31,812 bases of DNA, from contig JAGGVJ010000028.1 in assembly GCA_021158055.1 (NCBI GenBank), forward strand, positions 1-31,812, given 5' to 3'. The stretch comes from Candidatus Iainarchaeum sp. GTDB taxonomy: Archaea; Iainarchaeota; Iainarchaeia; JAGGVJ01. Positions 24,858-31,812 of the stretch are shown here, one piece after another. Each line of letters opens with the position of its first letter. The stretch's first letter is position 1. Under the pieces are notes generated by a model that did not search any database, was not told the origin of the DNA, and saw only the letters and a program-made list of their open reading frames with translations. The position numbers were made by a program, and so were the translations under genes.

Positions 24858-25571
24858 ATGAGGGTTTCAACGACAATTGTGTTTTTTTTAGTGATATTTG
24901 TTGTGGCGGTTTTGCTGTTTGCTTTTGACGCTCCGTCTTACGATGTGTATTTGAAGGAGGCTGATTCGGTGTTTTTGGACAAGGACACAGGCAGGTTTGT
25001 TGCGCCTCTTACACTTAAGAATACTTCAAACCAGTCAATGGACTGCACTCTCAAGGCTTCAACCGAAGTTGCGTATGTCAGTGAAAAAACAGGTGTATTT
25101 GAAGTGTCTCTGGAGCCGGGTCAGGAACAGCCGATAAAGATATTTTTTTCCAGGCAACCTGAACAGGGAAAGATTGATTTTAATTTTGGGTTGGACTGCC
25201 CTTTTAAGCTTACAAGGCATTACACTAAAAAAATTGAGTTGTATAGTCCGCCTTCAATATTTTTTGAAGTGCGGTTTCCAAAGGAAGTATACGAGGGCAC
25301 CAGTTTTGAACTTGGCGTGAGCGTTGAGAATTTCGGAAACAGCTTGGTTGAATTTGAAGTGAAAGCAAAAGAGGTTGATTCAATCGGGTTGGTTGAGTTT
25401 TTTGATGTCCAGAAACTGGATATTTTGAGAACCGGTGAAACGTTTTCAGCCAGCATTCCCGGAAGGTCTTTTCTTGGCATGGATGGGGTTTCAAGAGTAA
25501 AGGTGACTGTTTATTCAGACGGGAGTGAAATAGAGTCTGAGTCGTTTGACATAAGGGTTGTGAAACACTGA
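24858..25571 (+). CDS. Hypothetical membrane-anchored protein with two Ig-like (CARDB-like) modules
   Basis: N-terminal TM; LTLKNTSN...LEPGQE and VSVENFGN...LRTGET patterns. Confidence 0.7.
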   Translation: MRVSTTIVFFLVIFVVAVLLFAFDAPSYDVYLKEADSVFLDKDTGRFVAPLTLKNTSNQSMDCTLKASTEVAYVSEKTGVFEVSLEPGQEQPIKIFFSRQPEQGKIDFNFGLDCPFKLTRHYTKKIELYSPPSIFFEVRFPKEVYEGTSFELGVSVENFGNSLVEFEVKAKEVDSIGLVEFFDVQKLDILRTGETFSASIPGRSFLGMDGVSRVKVTVYSDGSEIESESFDIRVVKH

Positions 25572-25581
25572 TTTGAACGGT

Positions 25582-27111
25582 TCAGTCAGTTTTTGCCAGC
25601 GCTTTGTTGAAGTTTATTTCAGTCAGCTTGAATGATTTCAGGTCAAGCACAGGGACTATTCCCGGGGTTGGGTCAAAGTTCATTTTTTCCTGCAGGGGTG
25701 TTTTCAGCTGCCAGGTTCCGACGTTCATCATGAATGTTCCGTGGTACATTTCATAGTCGTTTTTGTGCACGTGGCCCATGAGCAGGATGTCAGGCACGTC
25801 TGAAATGGACAGGTAGTCGGTTTCTTCCATGGTTATGGGCTTGTTGCCGTAAGTGAGCGACAGGTTTCGTCTTTTGAGCATTTCACGCATTGCTTTTGTC
25901 GGTTTTTCGTATGATGCGTCTGGAAACTCTGCTATTACAGGGTCAAGTGATGTCCCGTGATACATGATGGTTTTTACTCCGTGGGTGGTTACGGTTACGG
26001 GACTTCCGACCATGTGGATGTTTTTGAAACCGTAAAGCTCTTTCAGGAATTCTTTCGGGACAGCCGGCTGCGGGTCAGCGACACGTACGGCGTCGTGGTT
26101 TCCCGGCCCTATTATGATTTCTATGTGTTCGGGAAGTTCTTTTATGTATGATTCAAATTCTTCGTATTGCCTGTAGATGTCAGGTGTTTCGAGTTCTTTT
26201 TCCTGCCCTGGAAAAATCCCTATTCCGTCAACGAGGTCTCCTGCAATGAACAGGTATTTTATTTTGCCCACCATTTCGCGGCTTTTTTTTGACCCGCAAT
26301 CGTTGTTCAGCCATTTTATCATTGTGTTGAATTTGTCTTTCATGAAAAGTTTTGAGCCGATGTGAAGGTCGCTTGTGAAAGCCGCAAGCACTTCTTCTTC
26401 CGAGCGGTTTCCTTTTCTGAACGGGATGTCAGGCCAGAACACTTCGTTGACAAGCAACAGGCCGCCGCTTCCAATCATCCGTCCTTTTATTGCGATGACG
26501 TCGTCGAGAAGTATTTGTTCTGCAATGTCATTGTTTTTTTCAAGCACGAGCGCTGCAGCGCTTCCGGTGGGGTCTTCTATTTCAATCAGCATGTGGTTGT
26601 TTTTTGTCCTGCGTTTTCCGGAAACCATTGCGATTAGGGTTGTGTCTTTGTTTGGCGGCACCCTGTTGAGGCGGTCAAGCTCTTTTATTGATCCAAGGCT
26701 GCTTCTGTTTTTGAGTATTTTTGCAAGCTGTTCGTATCTGTTGTTGAAATATCTTATAAAGTCCTCTTTTTTCCCTTCCCCTCTGGATTTGCCTGTGACG
26801 TCTGTTTTTTCATGTATTGTCAGCTGGCTTTCAATGTCTTTTGCAGCGGGCCTGAAAGAGGTTTTTTCAACGCGGGTTTTCCCCGGGGTGAGCGTGGTTT
26901 GTTTTTCATTGTCTTTTACCGCGTGCACGTCTTGCGCAGTTACCACTGCCTTGCTTGTGTCTTCTGCAAAATAGTCTATGATTTTTTTGAAGTTTTCTTG
27001 TGTCTTGAGGCTTTCAAGACCGTCTTCTGTCAAAATCACTGATTTTTCCAAGGCATAGGCAAGCACTTGTTTTTCAAGGTTTTCTTGTGAAGTGTCCTGC
27101 AAGTTTATCAC
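25582..27111 (-). CDS. polB: DNA polymerase D small subunit DP1 (proofreading exonuclease)
   Basis: OB-fold IEDPTG, phosphoesterase motifs SDLHIGS, GDLVDG, GNHD, YHG, GHVH. Confidence 0.95.
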   Translation of the reverse strand: MINLQDTSQENLEKQVLAYALEKSVILTEDGLESLKTQENFKKIIDYFAEDTSKAVVTAQDVHAVKDNEKQTTLTPGKTRVEKTSFRPAAKDIESQLTIHEKTDVTGKSRGEGKKEDFIRYFNNRYEQLAKILKNRSSLGSIKELDRLNRVPPNKDTTLIAMVSGKRRTKNNHMLIEIEDPTGSAAALVLEKNNDIAEQILLDDVIAIKGRMIGSGGLLLVNEVFWPDIPFRKGNRSEEEVLAAFTSDLHIGSKLFMKDKFNTMIKWLNNDCGSKKSREMVGKIKYLFIAGDLVDGIGIFPGQEKELETPDIYRQYEEFESYIKELPEHIEIIIGPGNHDAVRVADPQPAVPKEFLKELYGFKNIHMVGSPVTVTTHGVKTIMYHGTSLDPVIAEFPDASYEKPTKAMREMLKRRNLSLTYGNKPITMEETDYLSISDVPDILLMGHVHKNDYEMYHGTFMMNVGTWQLKTPLQEKMNFDPTPGIVPVLDLKSFKLTEINFNKALAKTD

Positions 27112-27151
27112 TCGGCTTATTCCAGGTGTTCGCTGTTGTTATTTTGTTGCT

Positions 27152-27403
27152 TCAAGATTTCATTGCTTCAAGCCCGGATACCATGCTCCATATTTGTGTG
27201 CGCGTGTGCATGGGCATGTTTACGTCGTTGCTTACTTCGTCCAGTAAGTATATTGCCGAGGTAACTTTGACTGAAAGTTCTTCGTTTTCCTCTTTGAGTT
27301 TTTCTTTTGCTTCTTTTACTGCTCTCCTGATGTTTCTTGGAACAGAGTTGTCTTCTTCGACTTCGCTCATGAAGTTAATCATGCTTTTTAGTCTGTCATC
27401 CAT
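27152..27403 (-). CDS. UPF0147 family protein
   Basis: DNSVPRNIRR, LDEVSNDVNMPMHTRTQIW; ATG at 27403 with SD GAGGTGA. Confidence 0.9.
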   Translation of the reverse strand: MDDRLKSMINFMSEVEEDNSVPRNIRRAVKEAKEKLKEENEELSVKVTSAIYLLDEVSNDVNMPMHTRTQIWSMVSGLEAMKS

Positions 27404-27510
27404 ATAGTCACCTCTGATGGTTTTAATAAAAAAAGTTTTGAAATATTTTTTTGTGCCTGTATTACAATGCACTTCATGTCTTTTAATGATGTGTTATTTG
27501 ATCCTGATCT

Positions 27511-28599
27511 TCAACGCGTTTGATTCTGATTTTCACTGACTGTGTTTTTGTTTTTGAAGTTGTGTTTTTGTTTTTGAAGTTGCGTTTTGCTTAACCGGAC
27601 TTTTTGCGATTTCCCGCCCAGAATGCATATTTTCTTTTTTAGGTTTTCAATTGACGGGCTGCTTTTTTGGGATGTCTCAATTATGGGCTCATCAAATTCT
27701 TTTTTGCGTTTTTCAAGTTCTTTCGGGCCGATTATGTCTGTTTTGCTGAAAACAAGCAGCATTGGCATCGGGAAACTTTTTTTTATCTCTGAAAAGAGGG
27801 CGAGTTGTTTTTCGCAGCTGAACCCGCAGGTTTCAGTGGGGTCAAAGACAAATATGGCTGCGTCTGCAAGGTGTCTTATTGCGGAAACTGCCTGGAGTTC
27901 TATTTTGTTTCTTTCCTTGTTCGGCCTGTCAAGTATTCCGGGCGTGTCAAGCACCTGAAATTCTGTGTAGTCGTATTGAAATTTCCCTATGAATATCCTT
28001 TTCGTGGTGAACGGGTATTTTGCAACTTCCGGCGAGCTCCCGGTGAGGTTTATCAAAAGTGTGCTTTTCCCGACGTTCGGCATTCCTGCAATGACAACAG
28101 TGAAAAGGTCTTCGTTTAAGTGCGGTGCGATTGAAAGTTCTTTTGCGCATTTTATAAGGAAGTCAATGTCGTCTTCAAGGTCCATGAAAAAAGAGCTCAT
28201 TCTTCCGTAAAACCGTTTGCGTTTCACTTCGCATTCTTTTGCGTTCCGTGCGTGTTTGACTCCTTTTACATACCTGTTTCTTAAGTTGAACATGTTTTTT
28301 TCAGTTGCAGCAGCATGGTTTAATGCCTGCCTGAATTTGTCCGCGTCTATCTGGCTTTCCACAAATTCCCTGTAAAATTCGGGAAGCTCGTTTATCATGG
28401 GGGTTTTAAGCACTATGTTTTCAAGCTCTTTTTTTGACACGGCATAGCTTCTTTCAATGCGCAGGGTTTCAAGCCTTTTGGCCCTGTCGATGAATTTTGT
28501 GTGGGCCATTTTCTCGCGTATGTGGTCAGTGTACTTTGACGCTTCTTTGAATGATTTGTCAAGTATGCCCTGGGCCTTTAGCATGATCGGTATTTTCAT
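27511..28599 (-). CDS. NOG1-family GTP-binding protein
   Basis: GMPNVGKS, YPFTTK, DTPGILDR..ERN.IE, SKTD. Confidence 0.92.
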   Translation of the reverse strand: MKIPIMLKAQGILDKSFKEASKYTDHIREKMAHTKFIDRAKRLETLRIERSYAVSKKELENIVLKTPMINELPEFYREFVESQIDADKFRQALNHAAATEKNMFNLRNRYVKGVKHARNAKECEVKRKRFYGRMSSFFMDLEDDIDFLIKCAKELSIAPHLNEDLFTVVIAGMPNVGKSTLLINLTGSSPEVAKYPFTTKRIFIGKFQYDYTEFQVLDTPGILDRPNKERNKIELQAVSAIRHLADAAIFVFDPTETCGFSCEKQLALFSEIKKSFPMPMLLVFSKTDIIGPKELEKRKKEFDEPIIETSQKSSPSIENLKKKICILGGKSQKVRLSKTQLQKQKHNFKNKNTVSENQNQTR

Positions 28600-28968
28600 T
28601 CAGGCACCCTCGTTTCTGCTTTTTTCCCTGATTGTTTTTGACGGCTTTTCAATTTTGTCAAGAAAATGTTTTTTTACGGCTCCGCACGACCCGCATGTTA
28701 TAAGGAGGTGTTTTTTCGGCTTTGAGACAATCCTGACAGTTGCGTTTTTCCCAGGGATGATCGGCGTATTGCATTTTTTGCAAAATGATTGTTTTTGTTT
28801 TTTAGTCAGCCGTTCGTTGTATTTTGAGCTTATTTTCCTTGCAATCTCTATGTATCGCGCCGCTCTTTTAGGGTGTGCTTCAAGCTCTTGTTTTGAAAGG
28901 TCAAAAAGTATTTCGATCCTTTGCCTTGCGATGTCCTGCACCACTTTTGGTTTTGCGCGCCTTTCCAT
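28600..28968 (-). CDS. rnp4: Ribonuclease P protein component 4 (Rpp21)
   Basis: IARQRIEILF, A.RY..ARKI, FCKKC...IPG...TCGSCG. Confidence 0.92.
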   Translation of the reverse strand: MERRAKPKVVQDIARQRIEILFDLSKQELEAHPKRAARYIEIARKISSKYNERLTKKQKQSFCKKCNTPIIPGKNATVRIVSKPKKHLLITCGSCGAVKKHFLDKIEKPSKTIREKSRNEGA

Positions 28969-29015
28969 GAATTAATATGGGAAAAGGATTTAATTAAGGG
29001 TTCACAAACTAAGTT

Positions 29016-29714
29016 ATGCCAATTATGTCAAAAAAGTTTTCCTTGAATGGCGGAAAAAACTCCGAGTTGCTGAAACAGGTTGTTGCAGGTGTTTTTGCCC
29101 TTGCAATCTTTGGTTTTGCAGTTTATTTTTCCTTTGGGCTGGATTTTTCAGGGTTTGCTCTTGAATATGGTTATCTCGGGGTTTTTTTGATTTCCGTTGT
29201 CGGAACTGCGACAATATTGTTTCCGGCGCCGTATACTATCGCGCTTTTTTTCATGGGTTCTCTTCAGAGTTTTGACCCGTTCCTGCTTTCACTGGTTGCC
29301 GGGTTTGGCGCTGCTGTGGGTGAGTCGGCGTCGTACTTGGTCGGGTTTGCAGGAAGGAGGCTGGTGCCTGAAAAGCACAGGGAAAAAATTGAGCCGTACC
29401 GCAGGATTTTTGAAAGGCACGGGTTTGCCGCGATATTTGTTTTTTCCGCAACGCCTCTCCCCGATGATCTTTTGTATATTCCTGTGGGGATGATGAAATA
29501 TCCTTTCGCCAAGTTTTTCCTTGCGGCTTTCGCGGGAAAGACGCTCATGAGCGCAGTGATAATATATTCCGGTTTTTATTCTCTTTCGCTTGTGAACGGG
29601 TTTTTCGAGGGGTTTTCGCTTTTGACTTTGCCGGCACTGGCAGGCATTGCAGCGGCTGTTTTTTTGATTGCTTTTGCTTTCAAGAAGTTTTTTTCACACG
29701 TGCGTGAAAAGTAA
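29016..29714 (+). CDS. DedA/VTT (SNARE-associated) membrane protein
   Basis: GYLGVFL, FPAP, GAAVGE..SY.VG, ATPLPDD, F.GK motifs. Confidence 0.85.
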   Translation: MPIMSKKFSLNGGKNSELLKQVVAGVFALAIFGFAVYFSFGLDFSGFALEYGYLGVFLISVVGTATILFPAPYTIALFFMGSLQSFDPFLLSLVAGFGAAVGESASYLVGFAGRRLVPEKHREKIEPYRRIFERHGFAAIFVFSATPLPDDLLYIPVGMMKYPFAKFFLAAFAGKTLMSAVIIYSGFYSLSLVNGFFEGFSLLTLPALAGIAAAVFLIAFAFKKFFSHVREK

Positions 29715-29825
29715 GGAAAAGCAGTGAATTTTTCAGGCGCGAAGAACAGGATTGATTTCTAAAAAGAGTTTTGTAGAAGTCATTTATAAATGGTTATGTA
29801 TGGGCTGTATCTGGGTGGTTTTGCC

Positions 29826-29914
29826 TCGGGATAAAAGGAAAATTGCTCAGCTCGCAATTTTCCCAAATTTTCTCCGCTACTCTCCGAAAACTTCTTTTAT
29901 CCCTGATGTTATAC
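29826..29914 (+). repeat. attC-like imperfect inverted repeat, apparently 5'-truncated
   Basis: TCGGGATAAAAGGAA ... TTCTTTTATCCCTGA bulged stem, inner hairpin GGAAAATTGC/GCAATTTTCC, ends in GTTATAC; the complementary R'' box is absent. Confidence 0.5.
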
Positions 29915-30032
29915 ACAATTGAATTTTCATTAGTCTAAATCTCATTCTTCTTTTAGAAAAAGAAGCAAAAGAGGAGGAGTCCAGATGCTACGCACATATA
30001 GTCTTTTGTTTCACAAAAGAAATACATTCATA

Positions 30033-30090
30033 TTATGAATATTTACCCAAAACGAAACATTTAAATAGTTTAATGCATATATATTCGTAA
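30033..30090 (+). promoter_or_regulatory. Archaeal BRE/TATA flanked by two related imperfect palindromes
   Basis: CGAAAC-A-TTTAAATA (TATA 30060-30067); TTATGAATATTTACCCAAAA (30033) and TAATGCATATATATTCGTAA (30071). Confidence 0.5.
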
Positions 30091-30112
30091 TTAAACAAGG
30101 AGGAAAAACAAA

Positions 30113-30274
30113 ATGCCAAACAAAGATGGAACAGGACCTGAAGGAAAAGGATCAAAAACTGGGAGAGGATTGGGAAACTGTGCTGGAGAAACAAAGAATA
30201 CAGACAACAGACCCTTAAATCGTGGTATCGGTCGTAGATCTGAGCGAGGTCAGGGAAGAGGAAGAAATGCCTAG
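30113..30274 (+). CDS. DUF5320-like small Gly/Arg-rich protein (53 aa)
   Basis: Manual translation MPNKDGTGPEGKGSKTGRGLGNC...; SD AGGAGG; not in the ORF track. Confidence 0.85.
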   Translation: MPNKDGTGPEGKGSKTGRGLGNCAGETKNTDNRPLNRGIGRRSERGQGRGRNA

Positions 30275-30599
30275 ACCTTGTAAGAGAAGAAGAATTAGAG
30301 GAAATCCTAATTCTTCTTATTTTAAACCAGTAGGAATACGAATGATTGATTTAAAAGAATCTGTTTTAAATTTATCTGAATTCGAATCAATAAGATTAGT
30401 TGATTTAAATGATATTACTCAAAAAGAAGCAGGAAAACAAATGCAAATTTCACAGTCAACATTATCAAGAATCCTCAAATCTGGAAGAAAAAAAATAGCA
30501 GATGCAATAATAAACAGTAAGGCAATAAAAATTGAAAGGTATGAAACAAATACCAAAAATTTAGAAATTATTGAAAATAAATTAGATCACTCAAATTAA
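30267..30599 (+). CDS. DUF134 (UPF0251) HTH DNA-binding protein; C-tail derived from the NifX-like gene
   Basis: MPRPCKRRRI...YFKP.G...EFESIRLVD...Q.EAG.QMQISQSTLSRIL..GRKKIADA...KAIKIE. Confidence 0.9.
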   Translation: MPRPCKRRRIRGNPNSSYFKPVGIRMIDLKESVLNLSEFESIRLVDLNDITQKEAGKQMQISQSTLSRILKSGRKKIADAIINSKAIKIERYETNTKNLEIIENKLDHSN

Positions 30600-30789
30600 G
30601 GTTTAACCCCTATTGATCAAATCATGAAATTTAATCCCAATATTGTTTTTACATTAGGCATAGGACAAAGAGCAATAAAGTTATTTAATGGAAAAGGAGT
30701 AAGACTTGAAACGGGGATATAAAACTGTAAAAGATGTTATTGAGAATATGAGCAATCTTAAAAAATTAAACTCGGGATGTGAGTATTAA
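30538..30789 (+). pseudogene. NifB/NifX-like (FeMo-cofactor-binding family) pseudogene
   Basis: YETNTKNLEIIENKLDHSN*GLTPIDQIMKFNPNIVFTLGIGQRAIKLFNGKGVRLETG / YKTVKDVIEN...GCEY*; 5' part lost, stop at 30597, frameshift near 30718. Confidence 0.7.
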
Positions 30790-31215
30790 ATGAAAAATAA
30801 TACTTTCAGACAAGCAGTAATAAAAGCGGGGAAAGGATTATGGGGAGCATTTCCAATGATTTTAGGAACAATTTTACTTATAAGCCTAATCTCTACTTTA
30901 ATTCCTAAATTATTTTATACAAATGTATTTAGCAAAAATATTATTTTAAATTCTTTTATTGGTAGTTTAGTTGGGAGTATTTCTGCAGGAAATCCAATAA
31001 CAAGTTATATTTTTGGTGGAGAACTTTTAACTCAAGGAATTAGTCTTTTAGCTGTCACTGCTTTTTTAGTTGCATGGGTTACTGTTGGATTAATACAACT
31101 ACCCGCAGAATCAGCAGTATTAGGGAAAAAATTTGCTTTATTAAGAAATGCTAGTTCGTTCATCTTAGCAATGATTGTAGCTATAATCACAGTATCAATT
31201 TTAGGAGTATTATAA
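30790..31215 (+). CDS. Small permease subunit (DUF318/ArsP-like half)
   Basis: Multiple TMs, GSISAGNPITSY..GGELL, AFLVAWVTVG..QLPAE..LG..FA..RN. Confidence 0.8.
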   Translation: MKNNTFRQAVIKAGKGLWGAFPMILGTILLISLISTLIPKLFYTNVFSKNIILNSFIGSLVGSISAGNPITSYIFGGELLTQGISLLAVTAFLVAWVTVGLIQLPAESAVLGKKFALLRNASSFILAMIVAIITVSILGVL

Positions 31216-31217
31216 AT

Positions 31218-31727
31218 ATGGGCATAAAAAATAAATTCAAACAAATTTCAGGAGCAGGGTATTTTTTAATAGGCATATTAATTGTTTATCTCATTTTATT
31301 TTTTATTAGACAGGACTTATTCTTTTCGAGTATAAACTTTTTTTATAATATTATTTTAAAAATAATTCCTGTTTTCATTTTAGTTTTCATTTTAATGACA
31401 ATTACTAATTACTTTATAACTCCAAAGTTTGTAATAAAACATCTTAAAGAGAAAGGAATAAAAAAATGGGTTTTTGTTATTATTGGAGGGGTTTTATCTA
31501 CAGGGCCAATTTACATGTGGTATCCTTTTTTAGCAGATTTAAAAAATAAAGGATTGAACTATGGGCTTATTGCTTGCTTTCTATATAATCGGGCAATTAA
31601 AATTTCTTTGTTGCCTTTGGCCATAATCTATTTTACTTGGCAGTATATCTTAGTTTTATCTTTTGTTATGATTTTTATTTCTATCATTCAAGGCATAATA
31701 ATAAATAAATTAATGGATAATAAATAA
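31218..31727 (+). CDS. Second small permease subunit (DUF318/ArsP-like half)
   Basis: Multiple TMs, GVLSTGPIYMWYP.L..L..KG, FLYNRAIK. Confidence 0.8.
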   Translation: MGIKNKFKQISGAGYFLIGILIVYLILFFIRQDLFFSSINFFYNIILKIIPVFILVFILMTITNYFITPKFVIKHLKEKGIKKWVFVIIGGVLSTGPIYMWYPFLADLKNKGLNYGLIACFLYNRAIKISLLPLAIIYFTWQYILVLSFVMIFISIIQGIIINKLMDNK

Positions 31728-31812
31728 ATTAATGGATAATAAATAAATTAATGGATAATAAATAAATTAATGGATAATAAATAAATTAATGGATAATAAA
31801 TAAATTAATGGA
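31698..31812. repeat. Six perfect 19-bp tandem repeats (ATAATAAATAAATTAATGG) running off the window
   Basis: Copies at 31698, 31717, 31736, 31755, 31774 and 31793; the first two overlap the permease 3' end and stop codon. Confidence 0.95.

Noticed and set aside
29800-29830. tRNA-like 5' fragment (GGGCTGTATCTGGGTGG) after TTTATAAA as an integration site
   Set aside because: No D-stem pairing, T-loop (GTTCRA) or acceptor stem
31698-31812. CRISPR array
   Set aside because: Head-to-tail identical units with no spacers, and no cas genes

Overview
Archaeal chromosomal segment, probably from a DPANN lineage (Iainarchaeota/Diapherotrites-like; inferred from gene content and the DP2 catalytic variant DGDQD, not from a search). 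It is mostly housekeeping: aCPSF1, proteasome beta, FKBP, NAC, a three-gene archaeosine cluster (arcS-raSEA-tgtA), Hel308, cdc6/orc1, sepF, both PolD subunits, UPF0147, NOG1 GTPase, Rpp21 and a DedA/VTT protein. The ORF track misses several non-coding or accessory features. (1) A 301-bp ORF-less IS200/IS605 element (7051-7351) has both ends obeying TnpA guide/cleavage pairing and keeps a TnpB-type omegaRNA right end. (2) A truncated attC-like hairpin marks the edge of an AT-rich island encoding DUF5320, DUF134, a NifX-like pseudogene and two half-permeases. (3) Perfect 22-bp repeats lie upstream of cdc6 and 26-bp repeats upstream of polC. (4) 19-26 bp tandem duplications recur across stop codons. 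(5) A candidate Cys-containing leader peptide precedes an SD-sequestering hairpin. No tRNA, rRNA or CRISPR array was seen.
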